In this document: piece after piece, positions 51,507-61,681 of the stretch
Layout of the letters: the number at the start of each line of letters is the position of its first letter
Numbering within the stretch: position 1 is the first letter of the stretch
Source of the DNA: Spirochaetia bacterium
GTDB taxonomy: Bacteria; Spirochaetota; Spirochaetia; SZUA-6; Bin103
Assembly: GCA_965203055.1 (NCBI GenBank)
Contig: OZ241863.1
Location: 2,240,001 to 2,304,000 of the forward strand
Reading direction: 5' to 3'
Length of the DNA stretch: 64,000 bases
Notes under the pieces: model-generated
Seen by the model: only the letters and a program-made list of their open reading frames with translations
Database searches by the model: none
What the model was told of the DNA's origin: nothing
Position numbers and translations under genes: made by a program

Positions 51507-53867
51507 TCACCCCGCGGCGAGCGGCGGCAGGACGCGCCGGCCACCGCCGGTCAGCCCCATGACCACCGGCAGGATGACCAGCGAACCGACCAGCGTAGAC
51601 AGCACCAGCACCCCCAGCAGCAGCCCCGACACGGCGATAGGCGGGAACGTGGACGCGGCCAACATCAGCAGACCGGCGGCCAGCGACAGCGCGCTGATCA
51701 GAATCGAACGGCCCGACCGCACCAGCGTGAGAGCAATCGCTCCGGCGCTGGGCGCCGCGGGGCCGGCCGCCTGAGGTCCGCCGGCCTCGCGCCGGTAGGC
51801 CAGCAGCAAGTGAATGGCATGATCCACGCCGACGCCGATCGACAGCGCCGACAGCATCATGGTCACCCCGTCGAGCGGTATGTCGGCCAGCGCCATGAGC
51901 GTGAAGTTGGTCATGAGGCCGGCAACCACCGGAATCAGGGTGTAGGCGCCGAACAGCAGCGAGCGGAAGCCGACCGCGGTCACCAGGAAGACCAACACCA
52001 CCGAAACGATGGCCGAGCGCACGTGGTCGAGCAGCAAGTCGTCGGCCACCGACAGAATCGCCATCCCGTTGCTCCAGATCTCCACTTCCAGATCGGCCGG
52101 CACGATGGCATGCACCAGCTCCTCGATCCGGGCCGCGGTCTCCCGGAACTCCTGCTCGTTGACCAGCCGTCCGCCATCCGCCGCTTCCGTGATCCGCACG
52201 TTCACGGTGAGGCTGGAAGCCTCCCGGTCGATGGTGGATTGCAACATCGCGTCGGAGGCGCGGTCCTGCGGGAGCTCGTGCAGCAGCCGCGCGAACACAC
52301 CGATGAGCGCCCGGTTGCGCGGCACCTGATAGCTCCCGCGCACGGCCAGGTTCATCCGGCTGAGCTGGGTCACGAACGAGGCCACGTAAGCGACGTCCGG
52401 ATCATCCCGAAGGGCCTGTTCCAGATCGGCGACGCGCTGCAGTCGTTCGGGATCGAGAAAGTATCTTCGCGCCGCCGCGGGAGCGGTCAGCGTGATGTTG
52501 ACGTCGAGCGCGCCGACCAGCTCGCGTCCGACGAACAGGTTGTCCTGGATGAGCTGCGAGTCGCGGCCGAACATGCGCGTGATGTCGGTGTCATATCTGA
52601 GGCGGCCCAGCGACGCGAAGCAGACCACGGCCAACGCCGCGGCGGCCGCGAGCACCACGAACTTCCAGCGCGTCTCTCCCAATCGAGCCAGCGCGCTCAG
52701 GATCGGCGGCGCCTTGGGCGGCTTGCGGGACCGGCTTGGAGGCGGCAGCAGCGTCAGGCAAGCCGGCAGAAAGAACAGCGCCAGCAGCGCGCAGTGGGCA
52801 ATTCCGACCGCCGTGATCAGGCCAAACTCGCGCACCTGGACGAGCGATCCGGTGAGCAGGCTGCTGAACCCGATGATGGTGGTAACGGCGGCCAGCACGA
52901 TGGTGGCGGTAACCCGGGCCATCGCCCACCTGACGCTGGCTTTCAGCAGTCCCTGGCGGCTGGCGCTGGTATGGTAATCGGTCAGCACGTGCACGCTGTA
53001 GGCGCTGCCGAGGCTGAGAACGAGCGGCGGCGTCATGATGCTGGTTATCGTGAAGGAGAGCCCCAGGAGACGCATCGTGCCGATGGTCCAGACCGTCCCT
53101 ACCAGCACCACGAGGAGCGGCATCGCTACCGTCAGAGCGCCGCGAAAGGTCGCGTAGTAGGCGAGCATGATCACCACCAGCGCGGCAATCAGGAGGCGTG
53201 GAAGATCAGTGGTAAGCCGCTGCTTCAAGCGGTAGTCGAAGGTCGGATTGCCGCCCCAGCGAATGGTGTAGTAGTCAGCGACGGGAGCCGTGATGCGCTC
53301 CAGTTCAGTGAACAGGGCGTGATAATCGTCGCGCCGCGGAACGTTGAATACCGCGCCGATCGTGTTGCCGTCGGGCGCCACGAGCAACTTGCGGCTCGCC
53401 GGATCCTCCAGCAGTCTGCGCTTGAGGAGCGCCGCCTCGCCGGCGGTGCCGGGCGCGCGCCCGCCGGCCGCGATCGGTGTGATCGAAATAACCCCGCGTT
53501 CGGTGGTGCGAAACGTCAGCAGGTTGAAGGGCGTGATGCTGCCGGTAACTTCGTCCAGCGCTTCGATTTGCCGAATGGCGCCGTCCAGCGCCGCGAGCGC
53601 GTCCACCGCAAACGCATCGCCGCTCTCGACGGCCATTATCAGAAAGTCGCGTTCGGTGCGCGATTGGCCGCGCTCCCGGAGCAGGCGCGCGACCTCATCC
53701 GGAAACAGCTCGTCGAGATTGGAGCTGACGTCGACGCCGGCGGCCAATACGCCAAACACCAGGGTCAGAACCAGCACCGCGGCGATTACCTGCCAGGCAC
53801 GGCGCTGAGCGAACCCGACGATGCGGAATGCCAGTCCGGCGAGCGGTACGCGAGATTCCTGTGTCAC
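51507..53867 (-). CDS. MMPL/RND-family transporter
   Basis: Two repeats of TM + large loop + 5 TM; LGSAYSVH and IGVGVDHAIH, TTIIGFSSL. Confidence 0.88.
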   Translation of the reverse strand: MTQESRVPLAGLAFRIVGFAQRRAWQVIAAVLVLTLVFGVLAAGVDVSSNLDELFPDEVARLLRERGQSRTERDFLIMAVESGDAFAVDALAALDGAIRQIEALDEVTGSITPFNLLTFRTTERGVISITPIAAGGRAPGTAGEAALLKRRLLEDPASRKLLVAPDGNTIGAVFNVPRRDDYHALFTELERITAPVADYYTIRWGGNPTFDYRLKQRLTTDLPRLLIAALVVIMLAYYATFRGALTVAMPLLVVLVGTVWTIGTMRLLGLSFTITSIMTPPLVLSLGSAYSVHVLTDYHTSASRQGLLKASVRWAMARVTATIVLAAVTTIIGFSSLLTGSLVQVREFGLITAVGIAHCALLALFFLPACLTLLPPPSRSRKPPKAPPILSALARLGETRWKFVVLAAAAALAVVCFASLGRLRYDTDITRMFGRDSQLIQDNLFVGRELVGALDVNITLTAPAAARRYFLDPERLQRVADLEQALRDDPDVAYVASFVTQLSRMNLAVRGSYQVPRNRALIGVFARLLHELPQDRASDAMLQSTIDREASSLTVNVRITEAADGGRLVNEQEFRETAARIEELVHAIVPADLEVEIWSNGMAILSVADDLLLDHVRSAIVSVVLVFLVTAVGFRSLLFGAYTLIPVVAGLMTNFTLMALADIPLDGVTMMLSALSIGVGVDHAIHLLLAYRREAGGPQAAGPAAPSAGAIALTLVRSGRSILISALSLAAGLLMLAASTFPPIAVSGLLLGVLVLSTLVGSLVILPVVMGLTGGGRRVLPPLAAG

Positions 53868-54090
53868 GAAGTGAGCATGCCAGTGGAGCGGGGCCCCTAG
53901 TATCGTATGTTGCGCCGCCGCCGGTCAATCCCGGCCCCGGCGCCGAAAGCGCGGAAAGCGCGGAGCACGCGCACCGGAGAGCGCGGCGCGGCCGGGCGCG
54001 GCCGGCACCGGCGCGGCAGCCGGCACTGTACAGCGCCGGTATCGTGATCTATAGTGATGGCCGGCTCGCTTTGGCGAGCGCCAATGTCTC

Positions 54091-55377
54091 ATGCGCATCT
54101 GCATGGTCGCCCTCGGCACCCAAGGCGATGTCCGGCCGCTGCTTGCCCTCGCCGCGGGGTTGCGAAGCGCCGGCGAGCACGTGACCGTCGCCACGCACCG
54201 CTACTTCGAGCGGATGGTCGTCGAGCGCGGCCTCGGCTTTGAGCCGATCGAAGGGAATCCGCGCGACATCATAGACAGCCGCCTCGGCCGCGGCTGGGTG
54301 CAGTCGGGCACCAATCCGCTGCGGTTCACCCGCTACCTGCGGGCGCTGGCCGGCTCGCTGGGCCAGGAGCTGATGGGCGACTGCTACCGCGCCTGCCGCG
54401 GCGCGCAAGCGATCATCACCGGGCTGCTCGGCTACTTCGCCGCCGGCCACGTCGCCGAACGGCTCGAAGTGCCGTTGGCGGCGGCGTTTCTGCAGCCGGT
54501 CACCCCCAGCCGCCACCTGCCCTCGGTATTCTTCGCCGACGTACGCGCCCCGGCGCCGGCGCGCCGCTACTACAACTTCGCCAGCCACGTGCTCGTCGAG
54601 CTGATGTTCTGGAGCATGCTGCGGCGGGAAGTGAACCGCGCGCGGGCCGCGGTCCTCGGACTGCCGGAAGTGCCGCGGCTGCGCACCTTTGCGCGCAACC
54701 TGCGCGGCAACCCGGTGCTGTACGGGTTCAGCCCGACGGTGCTTCCCCCGCCGGCGGACTGGCCGCCCGAGGTACGGGTAACCGGTTACTGGTTCCTCGA
54801 TGAGAGCGGCGCCGGCCGGCAGCCGGAGGCCGCCCTCGCCGCCTTCCTGCAGCGCGGCGCGGCGCCGGTCTACGTCGGGTTCGGCAGCATGAGCGGCAGC
54901 CACGAGGAGGCCCTCACCGCCATCGTGCTCACCGCGTTGCGCCGCTGCGGGCTGCGCGGCGTCCTTGCCACCGGCTGGGGCGGCCTCGGCGCCGCCCGGC
55001 TCCCGGACGACATGCTGATGCTGGATTGGGCGCCCCACGACTGGCTGTTCCCGCGCAGCGCGGCGATCATCCATCACGGCGGCGCCGGTACCACGGCCGC
55101 CGGGCTGCGCTGCGGCGTGCCGCAGGTCATCGTGCCGTTCTTCGGCGATCAACACTTCTGGGGGCAGCGGGTGCACGAGCTGGGCGCCGGTCCGGCCCCG
55201 GTGGCGCGGCGCCGGCTCACCGCGGCGCGCCTGACCGCGGCGCTGGCCGAAGCGGCCGGCGATCCCCGGATGCGGGCGCGCGCGGCCGCCGCCGGGGCGC
55301 GCATCCGCGCCGAGGACGGCGTCGGGAACGCGGTGGCGGAGGTGCGCCGCGCGCTGCGGGAACGGGTTCCGGCGTGA
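54091..55377 (+). CDS. GT1 glycosyltransferase (sterol/lipid glucosyltransferase-like)
   Basis: GTQGDVRP; WAPHDWLF...HHGGAGTT...PFFGDQHFWG. Confidence 0.92.
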   Translation: MRICMVALGTQGDVRPLLALAAGLRSAGEHVTVATHRYFERMVVERGLGFEPIEGNPRDIIDSRLGRGWVQSGTNPLRFTRYLRALAGSLGQELMGDCYRACRGAQAIITGLLGYFAAGHVAERLEVPLAAAFLQPVTPSRHLPSVFFADVRAPAPARRYYNFASHVLVELMFWSMLRREVNRARAAVLGLPEVPRLRTFARNLRGNPVLYGFSPTVLPPPADWPPEVRVTGYWFLDESGAGRQPEAALAAFLQRGAAPVYVGFGSMSGSHEEALTAIVLTALRRCGLRGVLATGWGGLGAARLPDDMLMLDWAPHDWLFPRSAAIIHHGGAGTTAAGLRCGVPQVIVPFFGDQHFWGQRVHELGAGPAPVARRRLTAARLTAALAEAAGDPRMRARAAAAGARIRAEDGVGNAVAEVRRALRERVPA

Positions 55378-56390
55378 GCGGCGCGCGCGGGCAGGCGCCG
55401 GTGGCGCTGGTCACCGGCGCCTCCGGCATGATCGGCGGCGAGCTGGCGGCGCAACTCGCCGCCGGCGGCCGGCGGGTGCGCTGCCTGCTGCGGCCGGCGA
55501 GCGCCGGCGACCGGCTCGCGGCGCTGCCGGTCGAGGTGGTGCGCGCCGATTTCGATGACCCGGCCGCCCTCGCCGCGGCGATGGCCGGAGTCTCCCGCGT
55601 CTACCACCTCGCCGGCTATCTGCACGCCGGGGCGCCGTTCAGCGGCGGCGAGGACTACGCCCCCTATCGCGCCGCCAACGTCGACTTGACGGACCGCCTG
55701 CTGGCCGCCAGCGCGCGCGCCGGCGTCGAGCGGTTCCTGTTCGCCAGCACCACCGGCGTCTACGGGGCGGCGGCCGCCGCGCCGATCGCCGAAGATGACC
55801 CCACCGAGCCATTCTCGGCCTACGGCCGCTCCAAGCTGGAGGCCGAAGGGCTGGTGCGCGCCTGGGCCCGGCGCGGCCTCGACGTCACCATCGTGCGGCC
55901 CAGCGCCACCTACGGAGCAGGCGATCGGCACTTCCTGCCGGCCGCCCTGGCGCTGGCGCGCATGCGGCGGATACCGCTGGTCGACGGCGGGCGCCATCTG
56001 GTCGACTTCGGCCACGTCAGCGACGTCGCGCGCCTCATGCTGCTGGCCGGCGAGTCGCCGGCGGCCCGCGGCAAGACCTACAACGCCGCCTCCGGGCATC
56101 CGCAGCCGCTGCGCGACCTGTTCTCCGAGTACGCTTCCCTGACCGGCAAGCCGGCCCCCGTGATCGTGCCGGTGCCGGCCGGCCTGTGCCGGGCGCTCGG
56201 GCCGCTGCTGCAGGCGGCGGTAGGCGTCTGCGCGCCCGCGCTGCGGCACCTCGTTACCCGTGACGGGCTGGCCTATCTGGCGCGGGACGTAAGCTACGAC
56301 ATGACCCGCGCCGGCGAGGACCTTGGCTTTCGCCCGCGGGTGGACTTTCGCACCGGCCTGGCGCTGACGCTGCCGGCGGCCCGCGCCTGA
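55374..56390 (+). CDS. Extended SDR (NAD-dependent epimerase / 3-beta-HSD-like)
   Basis: GTGA overlap with the GT; TGASGMIG, YHLAG, YGRSK. Confidence 0.88.
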   Translation: MSGARGQAPVALVTGASGMIGGELAAQLAAGGRRVRCLLRPASAGDRLAALPVEVVRADFDDPAALAAAMAGVSRVYHLAGYLHAGAPFSGGEDYAPYRAANVDLTDRLLAASARAGVERFLFASTTGVYGAAAAAPIAEDDPTEPFSAYGRSKLEAEGLVRAWARRGLDVTIVRPSATYGAGDRHFLPAALALARMRRIPLVDGGRHLVDFGHVSDVARLMLLAGESPAARGKTYNAASGHPQPLRDLFSEYASLTGKPAPVIVPVPAGLCRALGPLLQAAVGVCAPALRHLVTRDGLAYLARDVSYDMTRAGEDLGFRPRVDFRTGLALTLPAARA

Positions 56391-56436
56391 GCAGACCGCC
56401 CGCCAGGCCGGAGCCTGCCTGCCGCGCGCCGCGCTT

Positions 56437-58467
56437 TCAGAACCGGTAGCTGGCGCAGGCCACCTCGATGCCGGGACCGACGGCCAGAAACAGGCCCAGG
56501 GCGCCGGGCTGCGCGGCGCGCGCCGGGATCGCCTCCCAGCCGGCGGCCGCGGCGGAAGTAAACAGATCCTCCGTCCCGCAGGCCACCAGCCGTGCCGGGT
56601 CCAGTTCCAGGGCGGCGGCGAGGCGGGCCAGAAACCGGGGCGAGATCTGCGGCGGCAGGATCACCGCGAAGTCGTCCAGGGTACGCTGCTCCTCGCGCAG
56701 CAGCGCGCCTACGCCGGCGGCCAGCGCATCCAGATAGTAGTCCTGCAGGCGGGGGTCGCTGACGACGCGCAGCCGCGGCGGGCCGGAGGTGTCGGTCTGC
56801 GCGTACGCATGATACCGCTCCAGGTGCTCCGGCCGACTGGCGAAGTAGAAGCTGCGAAATCCCGTCGCGTCCCCGCTGCGCTCCAGCCGCAAAGCCGATC
56901 CGGCGCTGGCCGCGGCCAGCGGGGGCTGCCCCGCCACCGGCGTCTCGCCATACTCCGAGGTGGCCACCACGCCGGTGCCGCCGCGCGACAACAGCAGCCG
57001 CCCGGCCACCTGACAGGCCATGAGCACGCCCGGCGGCCCGTTCATCAGGTCGAACGCCAGCAACTGGCGCGTGCCGGCGTCGGCGCAGGATCCCTTGAGC
57101 CCCATCTCGCGCGCCACCAGCGTGGCCAGCGCCGGTTCGGAAACGAACGCTTCGCGGTACACGCCGGAGTACACCAGCAGTGCCAGATCCGGGGCGGCGC
57201 CGGAGGCCAGCACGCGCGCCGCGGCGCGCGCCGCCAGGGCGACGCTGCCGCCGGTGCCCTCGCCCGCGGGGCGGCAGGTGGCGGCCGCGGCGATGCGAAC
57301 CCGTTCGCCGGCCGGGATGGCGCGGTAATAGTCGCCCGCAGCGCCCGCCCCGACGCGCGGCTCCGGCGCCGGGGCAGGCGCCGCGGGCGCCGGCGGCGGA
57401 GCCCCGCGCCCGTTGGCGCCGGCGGCGAACTCCCCCACTCGATACTGCGCCACGCCGATGGTGATTCCGGACGCCTGGATGCTGAACATCACGCGCTGGC
57501 CGGGCCGCACCGCGGTGCCGTCGATCAGGTCCTTGAGCGCCACCCAGTGCGAGGTGGTGGCCGTGTTGCCGCGGTGCTTGAGGTTGTCCACCATGTTGCC
57601 GGTGTGGCACATCTTGCGCCCGAAGCGGCGGTTCATCAGGCGGGTGGCTTCCTTGATCGAGTTGGAGGAAGTCTGATGCGGGATGTAGTAGAGCGGATCG
57701 TCCACTACCCGGCCGCCGGTCATCAGCGCGTGAAAGTGGGCGACGATGTCGCGCAGCGCCGCCCGCGCCAGCGCCACCGAATCGGTGAACATGATGGCGC
57801 CGTAGGTCTCCGCCGCATGAGCGGTGCACAGGTCGGCGTGCTCCGGCACGGTATACAGGTCGAGGAACTCGAACCCCGTCCCCTGCTCCAGCAGCAGGCA
57901 GACGCCGGCGTCGCCCAGCGTCAGGCACGCCAGGCGCTGGTCATGGCTGCCCTCCAGTTCCCGTTGCGCGGTGGCGGTGAGATGGGTGATGTACTCGCCG
58001 CTCACCACCAGCGCGCGGCGGATGTCGCCGCGGCGGATCAGCTCGTCCACCACCAGGATCGCCGTGAACACCCCGGCGCAGGCGTTGCCGAGGTCGAACG
58101 CCGCGGCGCCGTGCAGCCCGAAGTGCTTGCGCAGCACGGTGGCCGTGGTCGGCTCGATGTTGTAGTTGAGCGGCGCGTCCTGCTTGGAGATGTTGGCCGC
58201 GACGACCAGATCGATGGCCGACGGGTGATGGCGCGACTGCGCCAGACATCGCGCTACCGCGGCCTTGGCCAGGTCGACCGAGAATTCGCCGTCGCCGGCC
58301 ATCCGCCGGGTGGCAATGCCGGTCATTCGCTCCAGCGGCACCCGCGGCCGCCGCCGGCACCCGTTGAGCACCGTCCGGGTAGTCACTTCCCGCTCCGGGA
58401 GATAGACGCCGAGGCTCTCGACGCTGGTGTTGGCGGTCGTCCCCCAGGCAGCCGGCTCCGCGCTCAC
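56437..58467 (-). CDS. Didomain FabH/OleA-like condensing enzyme (active + degenerate domain)
   Basis: Domain 1: IEP, FDLGNACAG, TLGDAG, IPHQ, RGNT. Pro/Ala linker. Domain 2: SEP, FDLMNGPPG, LPPQ, AVGPG. GTG 58467 after GAGGA. Confidence 0.85.
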   Translation of the reverse strand: MSAEPAAWGTTANTSVESLGVYLPEREVTTRTVLNGCRRRPRVPLERMTGIATRRMAGDGEFSVDLAKAAVARCLAQSRHHPSAIDLVVAANISKQDAPLNYNIEPTTATVLRKHFGLHGAAAFDLGNACAGVFTAILVVDELIRRGDIRRALVVSGEYITHLTATAQRELEGSHDQRLACLTLGDAGVCLLLEQGTGFEFLDLYTVPEHADLCTAHAAETYGAIMFTDSVALARAALRDIVAHFHALMTGGRVVDDPLYYIPHQTSSNSIKEATRLMNRRFGRKMCHTGNMVDNLKHRGNTATTSHWVALKDLIDGTAVRPGQRVMFSIQASGITIGVAQYRVGEFAAGANGRGAPPPAPAAPAPAPEPRVGAGAAGDYYRAIPAGERVRIAAAATCRPAGEGTGGSVALAARAAARVLASGAAPDLALLVYSGVYREAFVSEPALATLVAREMGLKGSCADAGTRQLLAFDLMNGPPGVLMACQVAGRLLLSRGGTGVVATSEYGETPVAGQPPLAAASAGSALRLERSGDATGFRSFYFASRPEHLERYHAYAQTDTSGPPRLRVVSDPRLQDYYLDALAAGVGALLREEQRTLDDFAVILPPQISPRFLARLAAALELDPARLVACGTEDLFTSAAAAGWEAIPARAAQPGALGLFLAVGPGIEVACASYRF

Positions 58468-58587
58468 GAATAGGTCCTCTTGTCGTTCACCAATGCTCCA
58501 GTTCGCCGCGGCCACCATACCACAACCGCGCACGTTAGTCGCCGGTCCGCCCGCCCCCGGCTCCGCGCGCTCCCGCCGCCGTTCCCG

Positions 58588-58616
58588 TTGACCGGGAGCG
58601 GCAACAAGTGTAGCGT
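58588..58616 (+). promoter_or_regulatory. Candidate sigma70 promoter TTGACC-N17-TAGCGT
   Basis: In the divergent intergenic region upstream of the luxE-like gene. Confidence 0.45.
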
Positions 58617-58643
58617 GGCGCCCGCCTGGGAACACCGCGCCCG

Positions 58644-60056
58644 ATGTCCGATCACTCAGCCCGAATTCGCGCCCTCCACGACCGGCTCAGAGGCATCGCG
58701 CTGCGCTGGGCCATGGGCAGACCGGTCGACGACGCGGCCGCCCGCGCGGTCCGGCGGGCCGCCATCAGCGCCAATCACCGCCACTACTTCGAACGCATTC
58801 CTATCTACCGCCGGCTTGCCGACCAGGCCGGGATACCGGCGGAGGCGACCTTCGAGCAGATCAGCCGCGAGCTGATGTCCACCGACCACATCTTCAAGTC
58901 CTACCCGCAGGCCCTGCTGGACGGCAACGATTACGGCGCCATGAACGAGTGGCTGCGGCAGGTGTTCGACCGCCCGGTGGAGGTGCCGGTCGCCGGCCTC
59001 GACTCGGTGGACGGGTGGCTGGAGCGGCTGCGCGCGGGCGGGATTCACACGGTGTTCAGTTCCGGCACCAGCGGCCAGATCTCCTTCGTCCCGCGCGACG
59101 GGTATACCTGGTCGCTGCTCACCGGGCTGAGCACCTCCTACGTTCCGCTGTTCCAGATGCGCCAGGGCATTGCGCGCGGGTGGGAGCGGCTGGCGGCGCG
59201 CAGCGCGGCGCGGCTGCTGGCGCCGCAGCGCTTCACGCAGTTCTTTCAACGCCGCGGGCTGCGCAGCTTCGACGGGTTCTTCCTCTCCTTCTCCGGCGGC
59301 ACCCAGGGCACCCAGGTGGTGGGGCAGGTGCTCGCCGGCATGGTCGCCCGCGCCACCTTCCTGTTCGACCTGCAGCTTTCGGCCACCGCGGTGCGGGCGC
59401 TGGTGCGCGGGGCGGCCAGCGACCTCGAGCAGCGCCTGGCCGACGAATTCCTGGAAGCGACGGTGCAGCGCCGGGAGGAAAACTACCGCCGGATGCTGGC
59501 GGCGATGCGCGCCTCGGTCGCCTCCCGCCGGCGCGCGCTGGTGTTCGGCGCGCCGTTCATGATCAAGGAGTTCTGCGACTGGCTGGTCGCCGCCGGCGAG
59601 GAGCTCGCGCTGCGTCCCGGCAGCATGCTGTTCCACGGCGGCGGCTGGAAGAGCTTCGAGGGCGACCGCATCGACGAGTCGGCGCTGCTCGCCCTGGTGG
59701 AGCAGGCCACCGGCGTGACCCCCGGCAACGTCAGCGAAGGCTACTCCATGACCGAGGCGCAGGTGGTGTTTCCGCGCTGCCGGGAGGGACGCTTCCACGT
59801 ACCGCCGATCACCGAGACGGTGATCTTCGACGACGCGCTGGAGCCTCTGGAGGGCGATGACGTGTATGGCGCGCTCGGCTTCCTCGATCCCTTCGCCGCC
59901 TGCTATCCGGGGTTCATCATCACCGGCGACAACGTGCGCCGGCGGACGCAGGAGTGTCCCTGCGGCGTCAGCGGACTCACCATCACCGACGTCGCCCGCG
60001 CCGCGGGCCGCGAGGTGAAGGGATGCGGCGGCATCATGGCCGCCATGCAGGGCTGA
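58644..60056 (+). CDS. LuxE-like acyl-protein synthetase
   Basis: FSSGTSG, GGGWK, YSMTE, FIITGD, C-terminal EVKGCG. Confidence 0.82.
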   Translation: MSDHSARIRALHDRLRGIALRWAMGRPVDDAAARAVRRAAISANHRHYFERIPIYRRLADQAGIPAEATFEQISRELMSTDHIFKSYPQALLDGNDYGAMNEWLRQVFDRPVEVPVAGLDSVDGWLERLRAGGIHTVFSSGTSGQISFVPRDGYTWSLLTGLSTSYVPLFQMRQGIARGWERLAARSAARLLAPQRFTQFFQRRGLRSFDGFFLSFSGGTQGTQVVGQVLAGMVARATFLFDLQLSATAVRALVRGAASDLEQRLADEFLEATVQRREENYRRMLAAMRASVASRRRALVFGAPFMIKEFCDWLVAAGEELALRPGSMLFHGGGWKSFEGDRIDESALLALVEQATGVTPGNVSEGYSMTEAQVVFPRCREGRFHVPPITETVIFDDALEPLEGDDVYGALGFLDPFAACYPGFIITGDNVRRRTQECPCGVSGLTITDVARAAGREVKGCGGIMAAMQG

Positions 60057-60058
60057 CG

Positions 60059-61681
60059 TTGACCGCCCCGACCAGTGGCCGCGCGCCGGCCATCAGCGTC
60101 GACTCCGAGGGAGTGATCCGGCTGCCCGCGCTGGTGCGCGGCCGGTTGATCATGCCGCCGGCGGTGCCCCGCCGGGAGATCGAGGCCGCCTTCGCCGGCG
60201 CCGCGAACGGGCCGGCTGCGGAGCCGCCGGCGCTGGTCAAGTTGCCGGAGGCGTGGGTGTTGCGCGAACCGATCCTGGACCGCGCCGCGATGCGCGCCAC
60301 CGGCGGCTACCAGTATCAGGTCCTGCCGGCGGTGAATCCGCGGCAGTTGCCGGAGGACGATCTCGACGCGCTGGCGGAGGAGCTGTACGAGCTCCCGTTC
60401 GCCGAAGTGCTGAGCTATCTCGACGGCCTGCGGCAGGCCTACGCCGGCGACCGCGAGCTGCAGCGGCAGGTCAAGGCGCTGGCGCGGCAGACCTCGGAGG
60501 CGCCCGATCCCTACGTCGACGCCGGCTTCGCGGTGTTCCCGGCGATGCTGGAGCGCGGCGTGGCCGAGGCGATGGTGGACGCCGAGCTGGCGGCCTGGCA
60601 GATTCCGGGGCGCCGCTTCCTGGACGGTTGGGTCGAGGTGCCGGGCACCCTCTACCCGGCGCCGGTGCACCTGATCCATGCCGGGAACCTGCCGCCGATT
60701 GCCGACTACGACCCGGCGCAGGCGGCGCCGCGCATCCGCGCGCTGCCGACGCGCCAGCTTCACGTCACCGCCGGCAACTCGCCGCTGGTGCCGCTGGCCT
60801 CGCTGCTGCGCGCCCTCTGGACCAAGTCCGCGGCCACCGTCAAGCTGCCCTACGGGGCGACTCTGGCCGGCGCCTACCTGGCCCAGTTGGCCGCCCACAC
60901 CTTTCCCGACCACCCGCTCACCCGCCACCTGTCGGTGCTCTACTGGCCGGGCGGCGACCGGCAGTTCGAGGCGCCGCTGTTCCTGCCGGGACGCTACGAC
61001 CGCATCGTGGTGTGGGGCGCTCCCAACGCGGTGCAGTCGGTCACCGAGCGCGCGGCCTTCACCAAGACGGTCACCTTCAACCCGCGCTACGGGGTCAGCC
61101 TGATCGGCCGCGAGGCGTTCGCGCACCTGGAACAGGTGGTGAGCCGCGCGGTGTGCGACACCCTGATCCAGGGTCAGAAGGCGTGCATCGCCTCGCAGAT
61201 CCACTATCTGGAAGGAGATCAGGCGCAGGCGGAACGCTACGCCGCGGCGTTGCGCGACGAGTTGGGGCGCTGGGACGGCTTCGCGCCGGCCGCGCTGAGC
61301 CGGTCGCAGCAGGGGCAACTGCGGCGCATGAAGCGCGGCAGCTTTCTGGGCGCCACCTGGTTCGAGAATCAGGCCGGCGGGCAGTTTCGCTCCGCGGTGG
61401 CGGTGATGCCGAACGAGTTCAACATCATGGAGCATCCGCTGTGCCGGCTGATCGTGGTGCGTCCGGTGCCGGAGCTGGAGCAGGCGCTGCAGTACCTGCA
61501 TCCGGGGGTGGCCACCGCCGGCGTGTTCCCGGAGGCGCGGCGCCGGGCGCTGAGCGTGCGCATCGGGACGCGCGGCGTCAGCAACGTGCCGCCGCTGGGA
61601 CAGGCCGGCTACACCTGGCCGGGGATGCCGCACGACGGCATGCTGGTGCTCAGCGAACTGGTGGACTGGAAGACCGCCTAG
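60059..61681 (+). CDS. LuxC-like acyl-CoA reductase
   Basis: HVTAGNSP, VKLP, YWPGG, IVVWG, FNPRYG, QKACIAS, HDGMLVLSELV; TTG start approximate. Confidence 0.85.
   Translation: MTAPTSGRAPAISVDSEGVIRLPALVRGRLIMPPAVPRREIEAAFAGAANGPAAEPPALVKLPEAWVLREPILDRAAMRATGGYQYQVLPAVNPRQLPEDDLDALAEELYELPFAEVLSYLDGLRQAYAGDRELQRQVKALARQTSEAPDPYVDAGFAVFPAMLERGVAEAMVDAELAAWQIPGRRFLDGWVEVPGTLYPAPVHLIHAGNLPPIADYDPAQAAPRIRALPTRQLHVTAGNSPLVPLASLLRALWTKSAATVKLPYGATLAGAYLAQLAAHTFPDHPLTRHLSVLYWPGGDRQFEAPLFLPGRYDRIVVWGAPNAVQSVTERAAFTKTVTFNPRYGVSLIGREAFAHLEQVVSRAVCDTLIQGQKACIASQIHYLEGDQAQAERYAAALRDELGRWDGFAPAALSRSQQGQLRRMKRGSFLGATWFENQAGGQFRSAVAVMPNEFNIMEHPLCRLIVVRPVPELEQALQYLHPGVATAGVFPEARRRALSVRIGTRGVSNVPPLGQAGYTWPGMPHDGMLVLSELVDWKTA

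Noticed and set aside
58644..61681. Bioluminescence (lux) operon
   Set aside because: No luxA, luxB or luxD; the context is lipid metabolism
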